From the IMG/VR virus record IMGVR_UViG_3300028840_001395, positions 248,001-312,000 of that record: a DNA stretch of 64,000 bases. One strand, given 5' to 3'. Every line of letters starts with the position of its first letter. Positions within the stretch are counted from its first letter, which is position 1. A program made the position numbers and the translations under genes. Below, one piece after another: positions 26,511 through 36,208 of this stretch. A model generated the notes under the pieces. The model ran no database searches, was not told the DNA's origin, and saw nothing but the letters and a program-made list of their open reading frames with translations.

Positions 26511-27986
26511 TTAACCCCCCTGTTCGCCCTTCCGACGAAGAGAAATCGGGTCTATTGATACTGTGATTCCGGTTACTTCGGAACTATCCAAAACCCTATC
26601 GAGAAATGCCTGGCCGTCCACCTGGCCTCCGCCCGGATGGGCGTCGAGCTTCTTCTCGATGGCTTCCAGTCGGGCGGCGATGGGGGAGAGCAGTTCCTGG
26701 AGCTTCTGGGTGACGGCATCTTCCACGATGGAAGCGAGGGTGAGCATGTCCTCCTCGGAGGTCGAGGGAACCTGGATGATGCCGTCCGGCATGTCGGGGA
26801 TCTCGACCGGCTCGGGCACCTCCAAAGACTCCACTTCAATCTCGGAAGCTGGCTCCGGTTCCGGCTCCTGGGGAGCCGGAGCCAGGATCTTGTCAGCCCG
26901 CTCGGCCAACTCGTCCACGGCCAGCGTCGAGGTCATTGGCATCTTGCCCGTGGGAACGGACTGGAGCAGGCCACTCTTGATGAGCCCCCGGATGTCGAGG
27001 TCGAGACTGGGATAGGTCGTGTTCGCGTACTCCTGGGCCTTCTTGGCGTAGATCAGGTGGCGAGCCCACTCACCCAGCGCCTGCGCCCTGGCCTCACGGA
27101 CCGCCTCCCGAGATGGACGGACACCGAAGATCTGTTTGCAGCGGTTGTCCACCGTCCGGCTGTCCGGATAGTCCTGGCCCGACTGACTCCACCGCTTGAA
27201 CCAACGACGGAGCCAGCCCGTGATGAGCCGCTCACGGAAGGCCTTGTCCTCGGGCGACTTCCGTGTCCACCGGAGAATGGTCTCCTGGGCGATATCCTCG
27301 ATCAACGTCTGCGCCTTCCCGTAGCGGGCGTCGGTGCGCTGGGCCACGAGCTTGGCCAGGTTCCGAGCATCATGGACTCGGGAGGGATCCTCCTCGATCA
27401 AGGAAATCGTCCAGTCGCGGATCTCCTTGGCAGCGTCCGCCGGAGGAGGAACAAGGTCGCGGGGCTTGACGATGGGAGTCTCCTGGGCAGCCATGCGCTT
27501 TGCCCGTGAGTACTCGTCCTTGTAGAGCTTCGTCTTTGGCCCATGCGCCCGCTTCACCGCAGCCTCGACCTCGGCCTTCTTCGGATTGCGCCCTGTCTTG
27601 CGCTCCTCGATGATGTAGGCGAGGGCGGTCTTCTTGATCGTGGGGCGACTGACCGACTTCGGTACGTCTCCGTTCACAGCAGGGTTCAAGACCCCCTGTG
27701 CCCGGAGTAGCCCCTCGGCTATGCTCCACTTGCGGGGGACACGTCCGATGGGTATCTCGGCCTTCTTCGCGGCTGCTGCGACCTTGTTGTTCAGCGGGTG
27801 GCTCACCATGTCTATGAGGACGATCACCCCATCACATCCGGCAGGGATGCCGGTGAACGGTGACCCCTCCCCGTTGAAGTCCGAGGCGTGCCCGATGATC
27901 TCGATATCATGGCTGGCTAGCTTCCTCGATAGGTTCCCGAACACGAAGTCATCCGGCCCCCCAACCACTAAGACGTTCTTCCCCAT
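26511..27986 (-). CDS. DUF2325-like N-terminal domain protein
   Basis: VLVVGG...DGVIVLIDMVSH...AKKAEIP; class I promoter upstream. Confidence 0.6.
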   Translation of the reverse strand: MGKNVLVVGGPDDFVFGNLSRKLASHDIEIIGHASDFNGEGSPFTGIPAGCDGVIVLIDMVSHPLNNKVAAAAKKAEIPIGRVPRKWSIAEGLLRAQGVLNPAVNGDVPKSVSRPTIKKTALAYIIEERKTGRNPKKAEVEAAVKRAHGPKTKLYKDEYSRAKRMAAQETPIVKPRDLVPPPADAAKEIRDWTISLIEEDPSRVHDARNLAKLVAQRTDARYGKAQTLIEDIAQETILRWTRKSPEDKAFRERLITGWLRRWFKRWSQSGQDYPDSRTVDNRCKQIFGVRPSREAVREARAQALGEWARHLIYAKKAQEYANTTYPSLDLDIRGLIKSGLLQSVPTGKMPMTSTLAVDELAERADKILAPAPQEPEPEPASEIEVESLEVPEPVEIPDMPDGIIQVPSTSEEDMLTLASIVEDAVTQKLQELLSPIAARLEAIEKKLDAHPGGGQVDGQAFLDRVLDSSEVTGITVSIDPISLRRKGEQGG

Positions 27987-28014
27987 GCTGTCCTCCTGGG
28001 CAGTCAGTCCATAG

Positions 28015-28043
28015 AGACTACTCTATTGGAACAGGAAATAAGC
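28015..28043 (-). promoter_or_regulatory. Class I promoter GCTTAT-N17-TAGTCT
   Basis: Motif copy upstream of 27986. Confidence 0.75.
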
Positions 28044-28049
28044 CCCCTG

Positions 28050-29318
28050 CTAGAACAGGGAAAGGACAGATTCCTCTGTATCTTCGTCAGCTTCAGGGGC
28101 CGGACGGCCCGTCAGCCGGGCTCTGGCAAGCTCCAGATACTCGGGATTGAGGTCGATGCCGATGTAATCTCTTCCGTGCCGAAGGGCGACCATCCCCGTG
28201 GTGGCCGACCCACTGAAGGGGTCGAGGACGATGCAGCGTGCGGTGGGGTGGCTCCCGCACTCGCAGGTCGGCTCCCAGTGGTAGGTCTTCTTCCGCAGGC
28301 CGTCGAGGATGCGCCGCTTCACGTCGCTGGGGTTCTCGGCCCCGGTGCCCTCGTAGTCCTTCACGGCCTGTCCGGCGTAGCCGCCGGACTTGTCGGCCCC
28401 GCACGCCTTCTTGTGGGCCTCGTCGGGGTCGCCCTTGGTCACGATGCGCTGCCAGGGCGCTCCACAGGCTGCACACGCGCCAACCTCGCTGGTCCCGGCC
28501 AGAATCATCGGTTCGACTAGCTCGGGAGGCCAGACGGCGAAGTGAGCGCCCTTGTAGGGTCGGGGGTTGACGTTCCAGACGGTTCTCTTGTTGCGACCCT
28601 GGCTCGTGTTCCACTGGGAGAACCCGCCGTCCTTGGCGTTGCGGTTCCCGCACCCCTTCTGCTCGTTGCGGGCGGCTCGCTGGCGCTGCCAGTCGGGGTT
28701 GTTCTCCCTGCCCCACGAGGAGGACTCCCTGATGGCCTCCTGGTCGTAGAAGTAATGCTGATTCTTGGTCAAGAGGAACACGTACTCGTGGGCCTTAGTT
28801 GGGCGATCCCGCACCGCCTCTGGCATCACGACATTTTTCGCCCAGATCACGTCACTCCTCAAGTACCAGCCATCCTCTTGGAGGGCGAAGGCGACACGCC
28901 AGGGGATGCCCACCAAGTCCTTCGGCTTGAGGCCCGGTGCCTTTCCCCCACTGCGGTTCTGATAACGGTCGTCCACCTGCTGGAACCCACTCGACTTGCC
29001 GCCGGGGTGGCCTCCGTCCCGCCCGGCGTTGTACGAGTCACCCAGGTTCAACCAGACGGTGCCATCGTCGCGGAGGACCCGCCTGACTTCGCGGAACACA
29101 CTGACCAGGTTCTCCACGTACTCCTTGGGCGTCTCCTCCAACCCAAGCTGGCCCTCGACGTTGTAGCTCCTCAACCCCCAGTAGGGTGGAGAAGTGCAGA
29201 CCGTGTGGACATGCTTGTCGGGGAGGTACTTGAGACCCTCGATGACATCGAGCCCGTAGAGCAAGTCGGCGCTGGGCGGGTTATCCCCGAGAGGGTATTC
29301 GACAGTCTCGGGCTTCAT
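28050..29318 (-). CDS. Beta-class N4-C/N6-A DNA methyltransferase
   Basis: TSPPY (motif IV), RVLRDDG, HFAVWP, VLDPFSGSATT (motif I), IGIDLN; Zn-ribbon insertion. Confidence 0.92.
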   Translation of the reverse strand: MKPETVEYPLGDNPPSADLLYGLDVIEGLKYLPDKHVHTVCTSPPYWGLRSYNVEGQLGLEETPKEYVENLVSVFREVRRVLRDDGTVWLNLGDSYNAGRDGGHPGGKSSGFQQVDDRYQNRSGGKAPGLKPKDLVGIPWRVAFALQEDGWYLRSDVIWAKNVVMPEAVRDRPTKAHEYVFLLTKNQHYFYDQEAIRESSSWGRENNPDWQRQRAARNEQKGCGNRNAKDGGFSQWNTSQGRNKRTVWNVNPRPYKGAHFAVWPPELVEPMILAGTSEVGACAACGAPWQRIVTKGDPDEAHKKACGADKSGGYAGQAVKDYEGTGAENPSDVKRRILDGLRKKTYHWEPTCECGSHPTARCIVLDPFSGSATTGMVALRHGRDYIGIDLNPEYLELARARLTGRPAPEADEDTEESVLSLF

Positions 29319-30598
29319 GTCAGGAACTCCAGCACGTTGGGTTCATCGTCCTCTTCCTTGACCTTCTCGGGAGCAGCCCGTTCCTGCAGCCTGGCTGTCG
29401 CCAGAGCGAGATACTCGGCGTTGATGTCGATGCCGATGTAGTTGCGACCTTGCTTCATGGCCACAAGCCCCGTCGTGGCCGACCCGCTGAAAGGGTCGAG
29501 CACGGTGCAGGGGATCGTGTGGGCGTCGCACTTGCAGGAGGGCTTCCAACCCACCGTTCGGGCATCATAGCCAACCATGCTCTGACCACCCGGGATTGCC
29601 GACTTGTGACGTGAATAGGTCGGCCCATGTAGCTCCTTGCGGTCGTCGGTGACCACCGGGTTGTGACCCTTGATCCTCTTCTTCTCGATGACCCTCACCC
29701 TCGGAGCACCACAGGATGAGCAGCAACCCTCCTCGCTCGACCCAGCCAGAATCATCGGTTCCACGAGCTTCTCGGGCCAGGTGGCGAAGTGCGACCCCTT
29801 GTAGGGCTTCGGGTTCACTGTCCAGACCGTCCTCTTGTTGCGCCCGCCGGGAGGATGGAATCCCGTGGCTCCCCCCCGCAGCAGACTGGTCTTGCCCGCC
29901 TGCCCTTCATACTGGGAATCGAGTACGGCAGCATCTTCGATCTTGCGGTCACTCCAGCGGTTGAACTTGTGTGGTTCCTTGATGGCATCCTGGTCGTAGA
30001 AGTATCGCTCGTTCTTCGTGAGGAGGAACACGTACTCGTGAGATTTGGTTGGGCGATCCCGAACGGACTCTGGCATCACGGCGTTCTTCGCCCAGATGAC
30101 ATCCGACCGGAGGTACCAGCCGTCCGCCCGAAGGGCGAAGGCGACCATCCAAGGGATGCCCACCAGGTCTTTCATCTTCATCCCAGCCGGGACAGGTGGG
30201 CGCTGGGTTTTGGTGTACTGGGTCTTGACTGTCTCGGCGTACCGGGTCGAACCGGACTTCACCCCGTCGAGCCCGCACTTCGTCCCCATGTTGCCGGTCG
30301 GAGTGGAGACATAGGAGTCGCCCAGGTTCAACCAGACGACCCCATCGTCACGGAGGACTCGCCGGACTTCCCTGAACACCGAGACCAGATTCTCGACATA
30401 CTCCTGGGGTGTCTCCTCTAGCCCAAGCTGACCCTCGACGTTGTAGCTGCGAAGGCCCCAGTAGGGCGGAGAGGTCGCTACCATCTGAACAGACTGGTCA
30501 GGAAGGAGCCGGAGGGCCTCACGGACATCGATGCCGTAGTAGAGCTTCGACTGGGGCGCGTCATCGCCAAGTGGATATTCTACGATGACAGGTTTCAT
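29315..30598 (-). CDS. Beta-class N4-C/N6-A DNA methyltransferase (tandem paralog)
   Basis: TSPPY, HFATWP, VLDPFSGSATT, IGIDIN. Confidence 0.92.
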   Translation of the reverse strand: MKPVIVEYPLGDDAPQSKLYYGIDVREALRLLPDQSVQMVATSPPYWGLRSYNVEGQLGLEETPQEYVENLVSVFREVRRVLRDDGVVWLNLGDSYVSTPTGNMGTKCGLDGVKSGSTRYAETVKTQYTKTQRPPVPAGMKMKDLVGIPWMVAFALRADGWYLRSDVIWAKNAVMPESVRDRPTKSHEYVFLLTKNERYFYDQDAIKEPHKFNRWSDRKIEDAAVLDSQYEGQAGKTSLLRGGATGFHPPGGRNKRTVWTVNPKPYKGSHFATWPEKLVEPMILAGSSEEGCCSSCGAPRVRVIEKKRIKGHNPVVTDDRKELHGPTYSRHKSAIPGGQSMVGYDARTVGWKPSCKCDAHTIPCTVLDPFSGSATTGLVAMKQGRNYIGIDINAEYLALATARLQERAAPEKVKEEDDEPNVLEFLT

Positions 30599-30686
30599 AC
30601 CCCTCCTACTCCATGCTGTCGGGATCTACTCTACCAGGATGCCCGAAACTCGGCATCCCGACACTGTGACGGGATATCTGTCGGGA

Positions 30687-31142
30687 TCACTGTCGGTGAG
30701 TGCAGCCCACGGCCCGGTGAATCACGATGGAGGCGATACGCTCCCGTGACCCCCTCGGGTCGAAGCACAGAGCCACCAGCGCCTTCCGAATTCCTCGGAT
30801 CTGGCTGGCGACATCCAGCAACTTGCTCCCATCGGTGAGAGCTTCAAGCCACTGCCTCGCCTGCTCCGCCAACGCCTCGGCCATGCCCTGGTAGACCCCG
30901 AGCTTGTCGAGGGTGACCGCCTCCTCGGAGAGCGCCTCGATGGTCATCAGGTGCTTGCGGATGCAGTCCGGGCAGACCTTGTAGGCGTGGAAGAGATGAT
31001 CTTCCAACAGGATCATCTGCTTGGCGACTTCACGGAGGTTGAACTGGGGATCCATCACCGTCATGCGCCCGCCCGCTTCGTGTTGGGAGGCGACACGGAC
31101 GGCCAGAGCGGCTTCACGGCGACGCTGGATTCTGGGGTCCAT
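30687..31142 (-). CDS. Hypothetical protein (LLEDHL...CPDCIRKH metal-binding-like motif)
   Basis: 151-aa ORF; RVASQH variant of the RVAAR motif. Confidence 0.6.
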   Translation of the reverse strand: MDPRIQRRREAALAVRVASQHEAGGRMTVMDPQFNLREVAKQMILLEDHLFHAYKVCPDCIRKHLMTIEALSEEAVTLDKLGVYQGMAEALAEQARQWLEALTDGSKLLDVASQIRGIRKALVALCFDPRGSRERIASIVIHRAVGCTHRQ

Positions 31143-31387
31143 CAGTCTTTCCTGGTCGCACCGGGAAAGGTGTTGACGGTGGTGTAGCCTTGGCCGGTAC
31201 GGAAGATCTTGACCAGAGGTCGAGGGCCACGCTTGTCGAGGAACACCGAACCGTCAGGGGGGTTCTCCGGCAGGTCGCCGGAGGTGACCTCGGTTGCGTT
31301 GGCCTGCCGTGCCAGTTGGCGAGTGAGATCGAGGCCAGGATTCAAGAACATAACCTCTCCGTCAGGGGATGATATTCCCCAAGCCAT
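31142..31387 (-). CDS. Hypothetical protein
   Basis: MAWGISSPDG...; TGATG coupling to 31142. Confidence 0.45.
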   Translation of the reverse strand: MAWGISSPDGEVMFLNPGLDLTRQLARQANATEVTSGDLPENPPDGSVFLDKRGPRPLVKIFRTGQGYTTVNTFPGATRKD

Positions 31388-32774
31388 CCGTCCATTGGCC
31401 AAAGCCCATAGGGGGCGACCCACTCCATGTGAGCAGCATTCCGACACCCCCCGCACCCAGATCCATCGCATAGTACTGGAAACCGATGGGGACATTGGAG
31501 CCTGACGCTGTAGGCCGCTGATCAGGGCCTCCCGCTCCCGTAGTCCCGTAGCTCCTCAACCCCCGCCAGAGGGGCAGGATGAAGCCCTGGATGTTCCAGT
31601 TGGCCCAGGAGGCACCCATGAAACCGTCGAGTTGCACATCCCCGAGAAGAACGAACGAGGTGTTGTCAGAAAACAGAGGGACATCCGGCACTCCACCCAG
31701 AGCAGCGAGCTTCGGGGCGAACATCACCGAACCATTGACGAGCCTGATGCCATTATCCCCATTGAGCATCATATCTACCGCGATGACCGCACTGGAGTCC
31801 GCCTGGACAGCCCAGGAACCAGAACCTCCGCCGGGCGCGGAGTATCCATTGATGGAAGTGCTGCACCCGACCATGATCGAGGAGCTATTCTGGAGGATGA
31901 ACCCGTTGGCTCCGGGGTCTAGCACATCACAACCCCCGATGAACCAGGACAACCCGGCACCATCCAGGAATCCGCAGAGGCCCCCTGCTCCCCTTGTCGT
32001 GAGTCCAGCATAGGCCACTATGACGTTCCGGATGTTGCCGCCGGGATCGAGACCGAAGTTGTCCCCGAAGATAGCACGGCCATTGTTGGAGGTGTACTGG
32101 ACAGCAATGGTGAACGTCTGAGCATCTGTGAGCAGGTTCGGGGTACTTGCATCCACGATATGGATTGCCGAATCGGTCACTGTGGCAGAGGTTGACTCGG
32201 CCTCGATGCCATAGACGAGCGAGTTCTTGTCGGGGATGGTCAAGGTGTGACCCGATGCCGAAACGATGGACACCTGTTTCGTGGGGCCGAAGTTCGAGTC
32301 CCCAACGAGGCCGATGTACTCCGGCAGAACGACGTTCTCCGTGTACACGCCAGGAGCCACCTTGACCACGTATCTCTTCGTGGGAGCTTCGTCTGTGATG
32401 CTGTCCACGGCTGCCTGGATGGTCAGATAACCCCCAGCCCCCGCTGGATCGGTATCATCCCCGCCCTTGTGGACACGCACGACATTCTCCGGCGGATTCG
32501 CCCCGCCGATACCTGCGATGAACACCGGGTCGAACACGAATTCGTCGGTGACCTCACCGTTGTCGAGGAACGCCCGGATGACACCCTTGGAATAGGACAG
32601 AGCCACGTCAGAGGTGAACTGCAACTCGATGGTGCCGCCGACCGGAACGTACACGGCCCCGGCCCGCTGCTGGCCGTAGATCGGCCCATCGGTGGCTTCC
32701 CGCAGGTCAGTGATGAGGATGGAGGAGTTTCGCAACCCCCCGTGGTGCAAACGCAATACGATGCCGTAAGCCAT
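31362..32774 (-). CDS. Fibre/spike-like protein, family A
   Basis: VLRLHHGG N-domain; GGYLTIQAAVDSI...VKVAPGVYTEN beta-helix cap. Confidence 0.65.
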   Translation of the reverse strand: MAYGIVLRLHHGGLRNSSILITDLREATDGPIYGQQRAGAVYVPVGGTIELQFTSDVALSYSKGVIRAFLDNGEVTDEFVFDPVFIAGIGGANPPENVVRVHKGGDDTDPAGAGGYLTIQAAVDSITDEAPTKRYVVKVAPGVYTENVVLPEYIGLVGDSNFGPTKQVSIVSASGHTLTIPDKNSLVYGIEAESTSATVTDSAIHIVDASTPNLLTDAQTFTIAVQYTSNNGRAIFGDNFGLDPGGNIRNVIVAYAGLTTRGAGGLCGFLDGAGLSWFIGGCDVLDPGANGFILQNSSSIMVGCSTSINGYSAPGGGSGSWAVQADSSAVIAVDMMLNGDNGIRLVNGSVMFAPKLAALGGVPDVPLFSDNTSFVLLGDVQLDGFMGASWANWNIQGFILPLWRGLRSYGTTGAGGPDQRPTASGSNVPIGFQYYAMDLGAGGVGMLLTWSGSPPMGFGQWTDGLGNIIP

Positions 32775-32799
32775 GACACCTCTCCTACCAGAGAGGCAA

Positions 32800-32815
32800 G
32801 ATAGGAAAGCTACCG
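32800..32815 (-). promoter_or_regulatory. Class II promoter CGGTAG-N6-TATC
   Basis: Motif copy upstream of 32774. Confidence 0.6.
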
Positions 32816-33409
32816 GCCCGCACCATCCTCGTCGGCCTTGTCCTCGGCATCCGCGAGCTTCGCAGCCTCCTCCGCCCGAACTTCCTTGGCCTGGCTGTCC
32901 ACGATCTTGAGCAACCGCTTCTTCTCGGTGTCGAGGTGCATCGTCCCGGTATCACTACGCTCTCCGGTGTCCTTGTCGATGCGTCGGGAGGTCAGGCCGT
33001 GGGCTCCGGGCTTGATGGACTTCACGAAGGCGGGATCCATGTGGTCGATGGCGATATCCCACTGGAAGTCGAGGAACACCCCGGCCATGACCTGCACAGG
33101 CGGGTTGATCGGCATCTTCTGGCGGAAGATGCTCTGGCCGTTGGCCCGCCGTAGTTCCAGGTCGAGGAAATGGAGAGGGACGGGGGCGGACGGGCGGTTG
33201 AAGTCGAGCCGGAACTTGATGCCGACCCGAAGGTCACCCGCAAGGAGGTTCGGGTTCTCCAGGATGGCCCAGCCGTGGATGACCAGGACGAGATCCTTGG
33301 TCTCGATCAGTCGCTGGATGACCTCCTGCTCATCCTCGGACATGGGGACATAGAGGCCGTGGGGGTTCTTGCCGCCGAAGGGGTTCTGATCCTGGCTCAT
33401 GTTGGACAC
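32810..33409 (-). CDS. Hypothetical protein
   Basis: 199-aa ORF in operon context. Confidence 0.6.
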   Translation of the reverse strand: MSNMSQDQNPFGGKNPHGLYVPMSEDEQEVIQRLIETKDLVLVIHGWAILENPNLLAGDLRVGIKFRLDFNRPSAPVPLHFLDLELRRANGQSIFRQKMPINPPVQVMAGVFLDFQWDIAIDHMDPAFVKSIKPGAHGLTSRRIDKDTGERSDTGTMHLDTEKKRLLKIVDSQAKEVRAEEAAKLADAEDKADEDGAGR

Positions 33410-33885
33410 ACCTTTACGTGACAGGCTCGGGGTCGTCCTTGCCGGGTGCCAGCGTAGAACATGACCCTCCCACCTACGATAGGGATTCGGTCTTCGAGTA
33501 GCTCGCTCTTGTGGAGATGATAGGATATCCCATCATCACCCATAGCGAACCCAAAGGCCCTGGAGATATCGAACGCCTCAACCTTGCCCTCGACAGCAAT
33601 GGGAGCCGTGATCCGAACAACCTGGGAGGCCCTTGGTGCCCTCCCAGGCTGGGCCAGGGTGAAGTCCACATCCACGTCAACAAGCTCACCCAGAATCGGC
33701 GGTGGCGGCTTGGCCCAGGAACAGCCCGAACGGGGACAGACCTGGCACCGACGGTGCTCCATCCATCCTACGCCCGGCTGGAAGGCCCCAAGATGAAAGA
33801 AGGCCTGTTGGCCCGTCTCAGGGTCCGTAGTGAAGCCGTAGAGCCGAGCGGGGACATACTTGCTCACCCGCATCGATACGGGCAC
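33397..33885 (-). CDS. Tandem cold-shock/OB-fold nucleic-acid-binding protein
   Basis: Two RNP1/RNP2-like pairs: YGF...FFH and FGF...YHLH. Confidence 0.6.
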   Translation of the reverse strand: MPVSMRVSKYVPARLYGFTTDPETGQQAFFHLGAFQPGVGWMEHRRCQVCPRSGCSWAKPPPPILGELVDVDVDFTLAQPGRAPRASQVVRITAPIAVEGKVEAFDISRAFGFAMGDDGISYHLHKSELLEDRIPIVGGRVMFYAGTRQGRPRACHVKVCPT

Positions 33886-33897
33886 TTGAGCCCCCTG

Positions 33898-34368
33898 CTA
33901 CTTCCAGCTCTTGGCTGCCTTCTTGAGCGCCTTGAGGATGTCCACCTTGGTGTTCCGCATGGTGAGGCCCTTGGCTTTCATCCTCTTGGCCACCTTCAGA
34001 AGCTGCTCCTTGGTCATGTCCTTGTCGAACTTCGGGACAGGACGCGCCTTGGGCTTCGGGGCAGGCTTCTTGGCCGGAGCAGGCTTGGCCTTTACCGGGG
34101 CGGGCTTGGGCTTCGGCGGAGCAGGCTTCGGCTTCGCCGGGGCGGGCTTCGAGGGCTTGATCTTCACCTCGTCGTCCGCCGTGCCCAGCTTGCCGTCCGG
34201 CCCCGCTGTGACGGTCGCGGTCATCGCACCGACCTTGACCTCCACCTTGGGCTCCTTGGCGGCCTCGACAGCCTCTTGCTCGGCCTGGCGGGCTTCAGCT
34301 TCGACCTGCTGTGTCCGCTGCTGCTTGATCTGGCGCATCCGCGCCGAAGGGGGTCTGTAGCCTGGCAT
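33898..34368 (-). CDS. Pro/Lys-rich protein with C-terminal Rho-N/HeH-like domain
   Basis: KPAP repeats; MTKEQLLKVAKRM...TKVDILKAL. Confidence 0.6.
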   Translation of the reverse strand: MPGYRPPSARMRQIKQQRTQQVEAEARQAEQEAVEAAKEPKVEVKVGAMTATVTAGPDGKLGTADDEVKIKPSKPAPAKPKPAPPKPKPAPVKAKPAPAKKPAPKPKARPVPKFDKDMTKEQLLKVAKRMKAKGLTMRNTKVDILKALKKAAKSWK

Positions 34369-34381
34369 GGCTCCTCCCTTG

Positions 34382-34771
34382 CTAGGCGCTGAGAAGGCCC
34401 TTGATCAGTCCGGCAAGGATCTGGCCCAGAATCTTCGAGGTCTTGGCCAGGAAGTCGTTCACTGCGGACTTCTGGTCGGCCTCGGCGTTCTGGAGCTGTG
34501 CCACGATGTCACTCGCAGTCCGCAGATCCGCCCAGTCGATCTCGGGCAACTCATCGCCGTCCATGAGCTTGTTCACGTAGTCGAGGGCGAGCTGGATGCC
34601 GTCTACGCCGTGGCTCTCGATGGCGTTGATGAGCAGGTTCATCACCGTCTTCTTCCACGCCTCGTCCATGCCCTCGGTCAGGCCCTTCAACTCGTCAGCC
34701 AGGGCATCCACCCCAGCCTGTCCGAGAATCGGCACCAGTTCGTTCAGCATCTTCATCAGGGCGTCCATCAC
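34382..34771 (-). CDS. Hypothetical helical protein
   Basis: Operon-coupled ORF. Confidence 0.55.
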   Translation of the reverse strand: MMDALMKMLNELVPILGQAGVDALADELKGLTEGMDEAWKKTVMNLLINAIESHGVDGIQLALDYVNKLMDGDELPEIDWADLRTASDIVAQLQNAEADQKSAVNDFLAKTSKILGQILAGLIKGLLSA

Positions 34772-35214
34772 TCACCTCCCTCGGTGGCCGGTGCTTCGGG
34801 GGCCGCTTCCGGTGCGGGTGTAGGCTCCGGCGCTGCCGGGGGCGGCGGCTCGGGAGCCGCCGGGCAGAGGGTCTCGATGGCCGGGATCTCCGGAGGATCC
34901 TTCGGCGGACGCTCCTCGGTCAGACCCGCATTGTAGAGGGACATCGCCTTGTGCCACGGTAGCCGGGTCTCGATGACCAGCACCAGGTCGGCAGCCTTCT
35001 CGCAGTCCTTCGTGGTGAACTTGCCATCCGCACAGGCGCACTCCAGAGTGATGAGCTTCTTCAGCGATGCAGCGCTCTGCATCGACATCTGACCCATCAA
35101 CTCCAGTTCGGCCTTGTAGGCGTTCGCGTCACGCACCACGGTCTTGTTGCAGCTCGACCCCAGCAGCATCGGCACCAGAGTCAGAACTGCGAGCAACAGA
35201 ATCCAACGTCTCAT
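34768..35214 (-). CDS. Predicted lipoprotein
   Basis: Signal peptide with lipobox-like LLGSSC. Confidence 0.65.
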   Translation of the reverse strand: MRRWILLLAVLTLVPMLLGSSCNKTVVRDANAYKAELELMGQMSMQSAASLKKLITLECACADGKFTTKDCEKAADLVLVIETRLPWHKAMSLYNAGLTEERPPKDPPEIPAIETLCPAAPEPPPPAAPEPTPAPEAAPEAPATEGGE

Positions 35215-35255
35215 CTCATCTCCCTGTTTGCCCTCTCCACGGGGCTGTTGACACT

Positions 35256-35594
35256 CTACCCAGGCTTTTCGGTATCGTTCTCACTCTCGGGCTTCTTCCC
35301 ACCCTTGAGAGACACACCCTTCATCACCACATCCTGGCCCGCGTTGGCCGCGATCTGAGCCACCTGGATGTAGCGGTCAAGAGCCGCCTGGCCCCCGATG
35401 TACAACGCCTCCACGAACCCAGCCACCAGGATAACGGCAATCATGATTGCCCAGACCTGGTGCGGGATGGCGTCCTTGCCCCAGAACAGAACGAGGAGCA
35501 GGACAACCTTCCATAGCACTTCCGAGATCAGGAAGGCGATGAACTTCTTCGACTGCAAGGGCGACTTGGAGTGCCCGTTTCCCTCATCCATCAC
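35256..35594 (-). CDS. Holin-like two-TM membrane protein
   Basis: SKKF followed by two hydrophobic helices and a charged C-tail. Confidence 0.5.
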   Translation of the reverse strand: MMDEGNGHSKSPLQSKKFIAFLISEVLWKVVLLLVLFWGKDAIPHQVWAIMIAVILVAGFVEALYIGGQAALDRYIQVAQIAANAGQDVVMKGVSLKGGKKPESENDTEKPG

Positions 35595-36154
35595 GAACCT
35601 CCTCTTCCACCACGAGGCGGAGGACGCGCTCCGGCACGTCCATTTGCCCCACCACCCAATCCACCAACCCCGCCCTTCGGCCCCTTCGTCTGGATGCCCA
35701 CGGTGTTCTGGCTCGCCTGAAAATTGTCCTCGATGAACTTGGGGTCATCCACCACGTAGGTCACGATTCCTTGGAGGATCTCATCCAGGCGGGCTCTTTC
35801 TTCGGGAAGCAGCTTGGGGTAGAGACGGTTGAAAGACTCTCGGGCCTCGGGGATTTCCCGCAGGATGTCGTAGATCATCGCAGCTTCAAGGCGGGGTGGA
35901 TTACAGTCGTCGCCCTCGACGCCCTTCAGCGTGTTGTCTCCGATGTTGTTGATCCACCACTCATTGCCCCAGTCGATGAGATCGACCGCACAAGAGCCAA
36001 TGGAACCGCCCCCGACACTGCCACCCCCGACACTGCCACCCCAACCCGCTCCTGGATCTGGGCACGGAGGAAGGGGCGGAGCGCCGCCGCCACCCCCACT
36101 GCCGCCGCCGGGACTACCCGGATTTCCGGCTTTGAGATTGGAGCAATCGGCCAT
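35591..36154 (-). CDS. Gly/Pro-rich hypothetical protein
   Basis: ORF after class II promoter 36189..36204. Confidence 0.55.
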   Translation of the reverse strand: MADCSNLKAGNPGSPGGGSGGGGGAPPLPPCPDPGAGWGGSVGGGSVGGGSIGSCAVDLIDWGNEWWINNIGDNTLKGVEGDDCNPPRLEAAMIYDILREIPEARESFNRLYPKLLPEERARLDEILQGIVTYVVDDPKFIEDNFQASQNTVGIQTKGPKGGVGGLGGGANGRAGARPPPRGGRGGS

Positions 36155-36188
36155 GCCTGTCGCACCCCCGTCCTACTTTCGGGGGTGT

Positions 36189-36204
36189 TATAGGCGAGCA
36201 ACCG
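36189..36204 (-). promoter_or_regulatory. Class II promoter CGGTTG-N6-TATA
   Basis: Motif copy. Confidence 0.55.
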
Positions 36205-36208
36205 AGAA

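Noticed and set aside
30638-30687. Overlapping hairpins GATGCC/GGCATC and ATCCCGACA/TGTCGGGAT as a riboswitch
   Set aside because: Short, with no U-tract or aptamer evidence; may be a simple terminator or processing stem
34040-34160. Tandem DNA repeats
   Set aside because: Coding low-complexity KPAP linker
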